From NCBI GenBank assembly GCA_002633005.1, contig NMRA01000358.1:404664-468663 (forward strand): a stretch of 64,000 nucleotides of DNA, written 5' to 3'. Made by a program: the position numbers and the translations under genes. The stretch is from Phoronis australis. Lineage: Eukaryota; Animalia; Phoronida. A model generated the notes under the pieces. It did not search any database and was not told where the DNA came from. It saw nothing but the letters and a program-made list of their open reading frames with translations. Positions 13,101-25,100 of the stretch are shown in pieces (the first letter of the stretch is position 1; every line of letters begins with the position of its first letter).

Positions 13101-16100
13101 TTGAGCCCAACTTTAATAGCAAAGACAAAGTTATAAAAATATCTCTGCAAGCCTGCAGCCTATCCAAAATAAAAAAAGTTTTAACAACCTGAGTACCGTT
13201 TTATCTAAACACCTTGTTAAGTAATCCTATTTAACTGAAATAGATAACCAAAATAATCACTTTAGCACACAGTATGGCCAGCAACTGAATATTCATATTG
13301 TATAAGTGCTCAGCAAAAATAAGCATTAAGATAAATGGTCATCATTACTACCATTGATTGCACTGTGCAGCTGCCTTCAAACAATTTAAAACATAGAAAC
13401 ATTTTATCATCCTTAATGCAGCAGTTCAGCCTTTGAAAAATAGAGGAATGTTCATGTTGGCAATAGTTTTTGTTTGAAATTGAAAAGCGTCTTCTTTACC
13501 GTAGAGCTAAAATTTCATGTGATGCAGCCTGTTTCAAATAGCACATAATTGGAAGAGTAAACATTTTCCTTAGATAAAAACTCCAATTCAAGAATCTTCA
13601 AAATGTGAGATACTGAAATCTGCGCAACATTTGAATTTTCAAGATGAATAAATTACAGAACACGGACAATATTTCCATTTTTATATTTCTCAAATTCCAA
13701 TCACTGTTCGTGATTTTATATAAAAGGATAACAAAATAGGCTTAGAAGTCCATAAAAAGCAGTCACACTGTGCTGATCACTCACATATAGGTGAAAACTA
13801 CTGCCAGTACATTTGAGACCACTAATACTACAAATTTATCAAGCAAAAATTTTTGTTCTGTGACCTAAACTGAAGATTATTTACCATAAATGACACTTTT
13901 TCAAATCAAGAATAGATAGGCGTATTTACAATTGAATGTTTGAAACTGTGATAGGTTTTCAACTTTTTTGTTTGTGAAGTTCCCCTGTGATGAAATTTGA
14001 TTTGTGGCAAATGGTTCATTGTGGTGGCAAGACATATAAGGTATATTTCTTTGGGCACTGTTAAATGTACATGTAACTGACTAGTGGGCTCAAAATTATT
14101 TCCATCATCAGCTTGGCGCTTTTCTTTTTTAAGAGCTCTTTCAATTTTTGTTACATCCGTTAAGTTTCGGTAACACTGCTTGTGATAGAAGCATGCGTGC
14201 ACCAAGCTTAAAAATGGGGGGCTCGAGTTTTTGAGAATGTGGACATTTATTAAGATTCACGGGGTACTTCAGAGCTACGAATTGTCGTCGCCGAATTTTG
14301 GTAGTTCTGCCTTTTTGTGAACTTTTGTCTCGTTTTCTACTTTTTCGGAGTCTTTGTTTCTCTGAGGCAGACCTTTTTACCTACTTTACCAATTGGGTCC
14401 CGAGGCTCGTTCAAGCCCCCCGAGGCCCCCACCTCTGGGTGCGCGTATGACAAGAGCTCTGTTTTTTCACAAAAACGTAAAAGCTTATCAGCAATGATAC
14501 TTCTCTTGCAGTCAATGTTGATACGTATGTTTGCAGTAGCCTTAGATCAGGTAATAACCGAAAATTCCAGCTCAGAAATTTGAGCAGAAGCTGACACATG
14601 AATGCAAAAAGGGGCAGACATCTTGCCAGTCTATTGTGAAGTCGCACACTCGTTCAATAATTCATGGTTTTAGCAGAGTCCTAGCTGTCCCAAAACTGTT
14701 CTTTGCGAAACACAAAATGATTCAGGAATGTGCCAAGAATTGTTTCAGTACAATGATACTCGTGGCCACTTGATTTGGCTTTCCTCTATTCCTAACTGCT
14801 GCCTGCTGGTTTTTGAGCCTTGACCCTTGGTAATTGCCTATTACTTGCACACCCATCCAAGAATTAATACTATCCAATGTAGTCAGTAGCAGTAAACAAG
14901 CTAGCTAAGCCAGCAGGATAACATCAGCTGACTGTCCTCTGATGAATGTTTTCATGCCAAGCATACGACTTTTGAAGGGGAAAGGTATAGACACAATACT
15001 TTCCTGGCATTTGATTGGTTGTTTGGATCATTTTGCACTGACACTTGGTGGCTAACATGTTAGTTGAGGTTATATTTTTCCAACTTTTAAATTAAAATTC
15101 CTACTAAACGTGCAAGTGAGTTGTTGGGAATTTTTTTGAAATTGACTTTTGAATATCTGTAGATGAGTTTAATGCAAAGTTCCCGTTGCCCCCAGAAAGT
15201 GGCCATGGAGGTGAAAGATAGCTGGGTATGGCCTATTTTACTTGAATGTCACACATTTTCGCATTGCTTTCTCATTAACCAAATTTTTAACAAGTACTTT
15301 TGATTTATTGTGAGTTACGTAGAAACCGATGGGAATCAGCAGGAGCCAAATGTCAGTAACCGTACTGAGCTATTATCTCCATGAGTCCGACCAAAATATG
15401 TCTCCTTCATTGCATGTTAGACTCCAGAAATACACGAGTCCACGGTTTCGTCTTCCCTCTGTAAACAAACCAATTCACGCACGATTCCAAAGTAACTGGA
15501 CTGGAGAGTAAGAGCTTTTGGCCCCTATAGTTTGGAAAGATAACGACTAAGTTGTCAAAAGGTTCGCCATTGTGCCAGTCTCAAAATATATCCAGCATCA
15601 TCACAAATTCATTTTTACTGAGAACCACCTTTGCTCGGTTTAGGTGCGTATTTAAAATGCCAATAATTTTAGTATTACTTTCTTAAGTAGCACGGTCGGC
15701 TACGCTTTCGCACATTCCACGTCAAGGATAGCATTTCATAGCGTTAGTTAGTCCTCGATTAATAAACCCAAATTACTCAATTTATTGCAGTTAAAGCCTT
15801 GTTTCCATTACGGTGCTGTACGTCGTTGCTATAGCCGATCACCCCGGCGTCAGCTGACCAACAAAACCGAAAAACCAAGGATAAAAACTAACTTGATGGA
15901 TAATTTGTACACTTCAGTGTTCAAAACCCAGCAATACTCATGGATTGATGGATTGATGAAACAACTGTATTGCCTAGTGATCTTTGCTACCTATTCGCTA
16001 TTGTAAGAGACTTCAACATCATATTTTCGGACACCCATAGAGCGCAGTGTAAAAATTGGCTTGTTTACCCTACCGAACTCTCCACCGCGGATTGCGCGTG

Positions 16101-19100
16101 CTCAACGCGACACCCTGGGCTCGTGTATAGTACTTTGTCTTTGTGGCTTAATCATGAATAATGTTGTACAACTTTTTGTCTGTTCCCGCTCGACCATGCT
16201 GCAGCGCCGGGGATGGGTACGTTGCATGTTCTTGTTGCTTTGAATTTTAGCTTCTCTCCTCGAAAATTTTCTTTTTCTTATGCAACACTTTTATATCTCT
16301 AGTGGTGCTTTGCTCATCCGTTCTGGTTGTTCGCAATACTTTGATTTAATGCTCACGCTGGCCACTTGGCTTTCATCATCCCAACAGCCACACCCGTTTC
16401 CCCCATGTCGGGGACACTGGTAATTGTAACAGTCGGAATTCTTAAGCATATCAGCTTATTTCAAAGCAGTAATATCTGCTCATGCGTATGACCTGTTATA
16501 GGGATGCTTACTACTGGTGAAGGGTAGAGTCTAAATGAAATGCAAATGTCTGTATACAGGCCCGTATACAAATTCCTCCAACAGTTCAGCATTCTTGTTA
16601 AAGGCAGTCGAGCGATTCTCATGAAATAAGTGAGGTGCTGGGACGGAAAGCACCGTTTCCAGTTGAAAGGTGCAAAACGTCGTCGTGCACATACACTGTA
16701 GCCAGTTAGAGTGCCAGCAGCTTCTGATTGTTTAGTGTGATCCAGTTAATAACAGTTGTTGTGCAATTGAACCATTAAAGGAGAATGCCAGCCTAAAAAC
16801 AACCTATTTTGTATCAATTTAGACCGAATAGTTCTACTCGATAACGGCACGTTCGGTTGCGTTACCTGACACCTGACGGCAGACGGAGGTGTTGATATTA
16901 TCCAGTGACGTCATTGGTTTCACACGCAGTCTGTTCAGCAGTTCACAACACGGGTTACTGGTGTCAGCTTATCGCTTGAATTAATCGTTGAACACCAAGC
17001 GATGTACTAACCCTTAAAAATACACCGAGTTCTTATAAAAACGTGTTGTTATATTTCGCTGTTACGGATTTATTGGTATTTGGACACACCGTAGCCTACA
17101 GAGTTCGGCAGGCCAATTTACCAAGGTCCATAGCAAGAGTTTAGGGTCTGTTCGGAGATAAATTCGAAATATTCTTCCGTGAAATACAGACATGAGAGCC
17201 TATAACTGTGTTGTTTAGACTTATGAAATTTTGAGTTCTAAACACGCAAAACGCTTGTTATCCCGACCAGTGGCTCGGAAGTCGATCAGGCCCGTCGCGG
17301 CCGCCGGGACTGGCACGAACATAAACCAGCTTGAGTTGGAAACTAAACCTCCAGTCACGAAAAGACTATAATAGTGAGCCAAAGAAAGAATGTAGATTAG
17401 CCACGAAACTGAAAATTTACTTACTTGTCGGGAGCCGCGCGGAAGTCGGGTTGCCCTTTCACAGACCATCAAGGCAAAGGTCGACAGTAGCAATGATTTG
17501 AATAATGTATTCGTATTTCTAAATAAAGATTCCCCTAACATGTGACTATAGCATATAAAATCGAGTAATTGTTTCACAATAGCTTTCTGTCAGCAAACAC
17601 TGAATTAGCTTGCGCTCACACGGCCTCGGTGCCCGGCCAGTTGCCTTTGTTGCTGACATCAAAAACCGGTAACGCAGTGGTTTATTCATTGCTGGCTTCT
17701 CAACATTTGCACTCACGAATACTGCAAAGACATTACAAGTTGTCTCTAATGAGACAGACTTTGTTTCAGTTTTATATAAGCATTGGTTAGGATGAGAATA
17801 ATTCATTTTGAAACAGAACGCAGAATAATAAACGTCAACATGACAACTCGTCCGGCGCCAATCTCGAATTAGTAGAGAGCTCGGAGTCATCCGACGAAGA
17901 CTTCACCGGTGGAATCGTTAGGTTTCACAGGCTATCAATTCGAACCGGAATACACTGATCAAGAAATACTAGCTAGAGAAGCGGCGTGAACATGCACAGG
18001 CAACGGAACGTATGGATAGTTCTTTGGTAAGCCGGAATTCGTCAGAGAAATCACTGTCGACGAAATGACGGCCACAGACCAGGAGATGTTTCACGGCCTC
18101 ATACTTACTATTGACAGCGTACCTTTCATTCTTCTCTACCGTGAACCACTTCCTAAGCATTTCGGGCTCTCAAGAAAGTCGGAAAACGATATACCCGCTT
18201 TCTTCGCAGCTTCGTAGTTCGGACAAACGGGAACGATGCACCGCGATATAGTGGCATTCACTCTGTAGACGTACCACTGACGTCCCTGCGTCGTTTCTCA
18301 CCTTCTTCACAGGTTAACGCGACACATCTCGGCAAGGTGAGGTAGACCGTATAATAGGCGATGTGGATATGTACTGATTAAGACGGTAAAAAAGGCTAAT
18401 TAACTTGGGTGGCATTCTCCTTTAAAGTCCTGGTCTCATACGTTGTTAAGCCTTATTACGTGGTTAGAGGATGTTATAAGGATCCAAGAAGTACTTATCC
18501 CATAAACAATACACGATCCGTACTCGAAAAAAGTTTAAATGAACGCGCCACTTACGATTTGCACCCGAAGAACCAACGCCATTTTGAACTAATCGCGGAC
18601 CCGGAAGTACAATTCATTCAGGAACCCAGGCTAAGAAAACGCCGTCAGTGTGCATAGACGAGAGCTTGTTACCAGCCTGTAAACGGGGATAAAATAATTG
18701 ACAATAATCAATTTTAATAAAATCAAAATACGGACAATTTTATCGAATTTGCTGAAGAAATGTGGCGAATAAGTTTGGACAGAAATTATTTTGCCGGACT
18801 CGGGACCGCAGTCTACCGGACCCTGTTCGGATCGAGACCAGACACTGGCGAACGGTAAAGGCATGCGGTTGCAAGCTGTTTTGTCAAAGTATTGTTCAAA
18901 TCATAAATGCCGCATATGTTCAAAGGTAGTTTCAGACACTTGCATGAAATTACGGGCTGGTTAGTCCTGTGTCACACTGCCGCGGCAGCCCTTAGCTAAC
19001 CTCAGTGCCAGCTACCAGTATGAATACTAACTACAGCTTGTTAGTAGACATATACAGTTTTGCGTCAAGGCTACCCTTAGGCCTACCTTGTCGCTGGCCA

Positions 19101-22100
19101 CAGCGCTCGCTCAAACGAGGTTTATTTAGAACTTGGATACTTCTAGCGAACTGTGCAAAGTGAGCGCACCAAGCCTAAAAAATGGGGGCCTGGAATTTTT
19201 GGGAATGTCTACCTTTTATTATAAGATTCACTGGGTATGTTCAGAACTATGAATTGTCCTGTCTCCTAGTGGAATATTGTCTCGTTTCTTGCTTCTCTGA
19301 CTAAGGCAGACCTTTTTTTCCATTTCTCCAAATAGGGGGCTCGTTCGAGCACATAAGTATGACAAGTCCAATACAAAATGTTATCATTTTTATTCATTAA
19401 GCCAAAATCATTCAACCTTTTACATAACAAGTAACTCAAAATGCACATTCCTTTACAATATTTAGCATTACAAACACTATTCAATAGCAAAAGTTTCCAT
19501 GATATGAAAGTGGACATACATTAACTGTTACCATGGTGACCGAATAGTGTTTCCTTACAACAGAATTTGACAAGCATGATTAAAAAAATATGAAGTTGCA
19601 AGGAACAGGAATTGGAGGCTTGAAGCTTCACAATCCAACATACCTTATTTCTCAAATCAAGATAATTCATATTGTTGACTTGATAACCTGAATTACGACG
19701 CAATAAGTTACAAAACATGACTTGAAAGCAATTTAGACTTAAAATTTAGAAAAATATGAATCATTTTGTGACACCTAATCAAGCCTTGAACAGAAGTTGA
19801 CAGTCAAACAAAAAAACATTTCAAATTTTCAACTATTTTTTTAGCTTAGTGTAAGATCACCTGAATGGAAATTCACAGTAAAATAATATATCTTATTTTT
19901 GCACAAAAACACGAAAATCGTAAAAAGTTCCTTTTTTGTAGCAACGTTTGTCAAAATGTATCAACGTTAAATCTTCACAAATTACAAAGTAACAGGTTGA
20001 ACATGCCTTCCAGTTCAGCAAAAGTCGCCATGTTGTCGGTGCCGCCAGACTTGAGACGACGTCTAACGGGAATTGTGAGCACATTTATCACTTAATGAGT
20101 AACAACTGCGAGGCTGAAATTTGGTGAACACTGTTGAATCGTGCAGAATAGTAAGTAAAGATATGTCTCACTAAATTTCACCGTAAATTGTTGGCGAAAA
20201 CAATTTACGCAACGTTTCAAACTCGTAACTTATCCCGCTGTCCTCCAATATGGCCGACGCGATCCAAACAAAGTGACCCAAATTTCGCCACAAAAATTGC
20301 GATAACTTTACACTGCTTGCCCCGATTTTGATACTTTTTCGATTTTTAAAGAGTAGAATGCACTACCTTTCCGTATTTTTTCAAAACGAGAAAAAAATCA
20401 AAACGAAAAAAATTGGTTCGACTCATAATGGTTCCTAGTTTCGACCGCCCAACGTAGGGAACTAAACACCAATGCTATCGAGCAAGCGATAGCAAATTCA
20501 GTTACAAGGAAAAAATGGCGTCGTTCAGGACAAGTTCTTGAGCCGGAAATGTGGGTACGGAAATAACCGATGACAGCCGGTAATTATACCAAAGCCTAAA
20601 AGTGACGTTTTAATCAGCAAATGGTGGATTAATTAACTGGGTGTACTCCTGTACGAGCAACCTAACCTGTCAACATTGTTTGACCACTCGAAAGCTAAAC
20701 ACAAATATGTTTTAAGGTTTGCACTCTTTTTAATATTTCTTGCCAATATCGGAATTTTGGCTCTGGGTTATAGTCTTGTAAGTGTGTGACCCGCCGCCTC
20801 TGCGATCACTTTCTGGTTCATTATAACCATACACACTGTACATGACAACCCTTTCCATAGCACTGACGAAAACGAATTAAATATAGTGAATCAAGAGTCA
20901 AAATGCATTGCATGCCTACCTACTTACCTTAAAAAATCTGCAATGACTGATCATGCTCTTGATTTTAATCATGTAAGTAATTGGGATGATGCTCGTCCTG
21001 TTGAGTAGGAAAATAATTTAAGATCTAAAGTCAGACGGTACATTCATAGTGAAATAACGTACAGCTAGTGTTAGGCTACTAAACTTTTTTAAATGAAAAC
21101 TGTACATTATGTCTCAAAATGCTGTTAGGAATTTTGATTATTGATGGCAGTCACCACGTCTTTCAATCTACCGTCGAAGTACTTTCTATCTGCTGGAATA
21201 ACTTCACATCCTATCCTAACCCTACCGTTCACTACGTTTCCGTTTTTCACCACAAGGTTCCTTAATATTGCCGGTATGCATTTCATCCGCTACCTTGTAA
21301 TAATTCGTTCTAAACCCTTCAAAAGCAATCTCCCATCGATGAGAAACTTTGTTGTCAAAGACATTTCATCCACGAATGCCCTTTTAGGGGATTGTCTCGC
21401 CCCTGATGCCCACTACTTTTCTGCTCTAGTTACTTGTCTAGCCGGTTCGTTGCTGTAGCCAAAAAACTCACTGACACTGTGCACCCACCTCTTGCCTTAG
21501 CCACGCTGTAACATAGCACAGAACTTACTTGTTGATTACTGCAAATTTCGGTCTCAATTTCTGCTAATGGCAGATAAGCAACTGACGTATCCATTGCTCA
21601 CGTTTATCGGCAAAAGGTCTTGGAACACCCAGTTTAAAACCAGTAATCAATCCACATGGGACAAACGCGCCGTCCGCAATGTTCAACATGACCCATCGAA
21701 GAGTTAGTTATACCATGCAGCACAACGAGTAAGATAGCTTGGATTTAGGATTTGCACTCGTTTTACTAATGCTAGATCATCTACGAATAAGTATTAGCAT
21801 TCGCATTATGGTGAGAACTCTTTGGGTGAGGATTAATACTCTCTGAATTCGGTTACCAACAATTTTGGTTGGATATTTCAAGTATTTTTTCTTCTGTGAC
21901 GTAATCAATGGAAGTAAAATCTCCGCCATTGGGTTGTTCTACACCGGCCGTGAAACGGACTGGCCTCGAAGAGTCGAACATTGCTTGAGAAGAATACTAT
22001 GAAAAAGTCCGTGTGCGGAGGATGCAGTAATAGCAATATGACAGACATTATGTCACTTTTTGTATCAAAAAACCCTAAGATCGTCCAGAAATGGCACGGG

Positions 22101-25100
22101 TTTGGGCGTCGGACACGGGTATGGCGGTGCACGGTGGTGCAAGCGACCAGCTCCGGGGCCGCGCGCTGTGCTTACCCCATTTTGAAGAATCGTACTTCGA
22201 CCCGAGATTTGCTGAAAGTTTCTCTAACGTTTAAGTGCGTTTGGTGGACAAAAAGTATATTGTGTAGTGCCATTCCTCGGAACGATGTATGGGCCTCAGC
22301 ATCAAGATTACTGAGATAATTAATGTGATGAAGTAAGAAATTTCTCATCAGTCTATTCTAGTTCAAGATTTTGTGGCAGCGCATGCTATACACATATACG
22401 ACAATTCACAACTGTAGAAATGGAATGTAGATGTCAGGCAAATTGCTTGAGGTCACGACCGCAACCGGGACAGAGGCTAGAGTCGGGCACTGGAACTAAA
22501 TAATCGACGAGTCTCAACAGTACAAAGCTTGCATACGTTTTGGAACAAACAATCATTTACCATAAGTAAAATTAAGTTACAATAACAATAATTAGATATC
22601 ATCATTCCTCACACAAGCACTCGGTATTCGAGGAAATGAAATCAATATGGCCGCTATTTGCGACTGCGGTTTGACAGTCAAGGTAAAACCTTCGGTTACA
22701 GAATTTCAGTTCGACACACACGCGCGCGCATGCACGCACATCCACACGCATATATACTGCTCGACACTAAAGTGGTTACAAATGTAAGTTGTGATCCAAT
22801 AAAAGTAATACATGTAATTACTATTCAGAAATGTCACTTTTGACATCAGGACTGTCCGCAGACTGAGTAGGCACCGACTCGGCTTCACTTGCCAAAGACG
22901 CCGATGCGGGAGGGTAGAGTTTACGAGTAGGGTCTCAGACACGCAAATTGTACCGATATGGCGAGGGCTAACTCATTATCTGTTTCATGTATGTCCTTAA
23001 TGTCGCCATCAACCTCATCTCCTTACCTGTCTTCACAATACTCGCTCTCTGAGTCTTCGTATCCTTACAAAATCACTACTATCCGCCATTACACCTCAGT
23101 ATTCTGCTGTCATCTGACCAGCTTCTACCGTTGACATCACCTGGCGAGCCCAAAAATCAGTAACTTTTCTTTAAAATTCAAAATTCCGCAATTATTTCCC
23201 AAAATTATTGTTTATTTAGTTAGATTTTATGTTATAAAATTATTATATGCATGGTCTACATGCGCGTACCCAGGGGGGGGATGGGGGCATAAAGGTCCGT
23301 CTCAAAGACACAAAAAGATCGAGAAACAAAAGTTCACTGAAAAGGCACAGGCGCACAGTGAAGGTGATACCCCGTTTTTTAGTCCTCCCCACTTTTTGTC
23401 AGCAAAAGGTCCACATCGCCAGAAATTCGAGCCCCCCCATATCAAAAGCTTGGTGCACGCATGGTCTAAAACCTCAAAAACTGTAAAATTCATTGTATGA
23501 ACACTTTGAAGATTGGTTCTCAGCTGACACTGAACTTAGGATTTGTGTTTCCTTTATTGTTGGGGGATGGCCTACGATTTAGGATTAGCACTCCTACAGT
23601 AGTGAATTTATTCTGAGGATAGCAGTCATTTGAATATCACCGTCAGCTAATAATTTATTTTGTATTAGCACTCGTTTTTTACATTCTAAGATCCCAATGG
23701 GTGTAGCATTTGTACGGGAAATACTGTTATTGATTCACGTTATCATGTTGCTTTTGGATTACGGTTCTGGTTTTATTCAAATCAGATCATGCTACACTTA
23801 GGGATTTATAATGATTATCACTTTACCATTTTCAGATCACGTTAGATTTTGAATTATTACTCCTTTTATTATTGTCAAACCGCGTTTGATTTACCATTGG
23901 TACTCGTATTACTACTAGGCGTATTGTCAGGTCATGTTGCATTACGGATAAGCAATCGTTTTACTCAGATTATTCTATCAGTCTTAGGGTTTGTTTTAGA
24001 AATTCCGATCACGTTGAATTTAGTATTGGAACTCATGTTACTTAGTGTCAGATCACGATGGATTTGGTATGATCACTAGTTTCCGTCGCCAGATCACGCT
24101 GAATTAGGGATTAGAACTCAATTAACTACATGCACAATAATTGTCAGATCACGTTTGATATGATTCAAATTTATTCTGTCAGATCACGCCGCTGTCTTGA
24201 AACTATGTCGTCCATTCTTTTTCTCTCAGCGCTGAATCGATTGTGACTTTCTGTGCATTAAAGCTGTTGTTGTGTCTGTCACTTTTTGAACTGTGCAATG
24301 CCTGAGAAAAGAGTGTCACTCTTCAACACGCTTAACTAACCTTCAGATAGGAAACACTTTCGTTGAGTGCAGGAGTCAGACGTGAAATACATTTACACTT
24401 CACCCTGAACTGCAATGGAAATCCAATTTTGAACTGTCATCGTACCGCAGACGTTCAGCAGCCACCTCGTAAGCGAAACAGAACTAATTTTCCTCAGTAC
24501 TGTGTAGTAATTGTCACATCGAAGTAAAAAAATCAGCGTTTTACAACTAGTGTTAAACGCAGTTTTCCCGGATTGATATGTTGTTGTCTTAAATTAAATT
24601 AAACGGAAAAAATAGCGTGACATTTGTAACACTTTTGGTTCCACAATTGTTATTTAAGGACAGCGAAGCGCGTGATTTCCTCGGGTGGCTAGTGTTTTGA
24701 GGTGAGCCCAGTACAATATTTTATTGACTCCAAATCGTTCCTCATGTCCCGTCCACACAAGTACGTTTTCGTTTGTAATCTCGCACGTTGATGCTTGTAA
24801 CAACGTCAATGCTTGCAAATGGCACTGGGCAACAGCTTCGCTACTAAGAAAAACTCACAGAATTGAACAGTGTGTAGAAACACTGTTTTGCTGCACAACG
24901 TGAACCTTTCTTTTATGTACTCGTAACTGAGGCCATGACCAATTAAAAGTAAGGTTTTGTTGCGCGGTCTTGTTCAACTGCGTTCGTCTGTTTTTACAGC
25001 ATTGGCGATTTTAGCATGGAATACGACAACGCGCTAGCCAGCGTCAACTACAATGGCACAGTGTTCTTCTCGCCCATCGTCAAATTGGACAGCATCTGTG

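Noticed and set aside
23700-24190. TCAGATCACG core with variable gaps as a CRISPR-like array
   Set aside because: The core is only ~10 bp and the gaps are related to each other; it is a decayed minisatellite.
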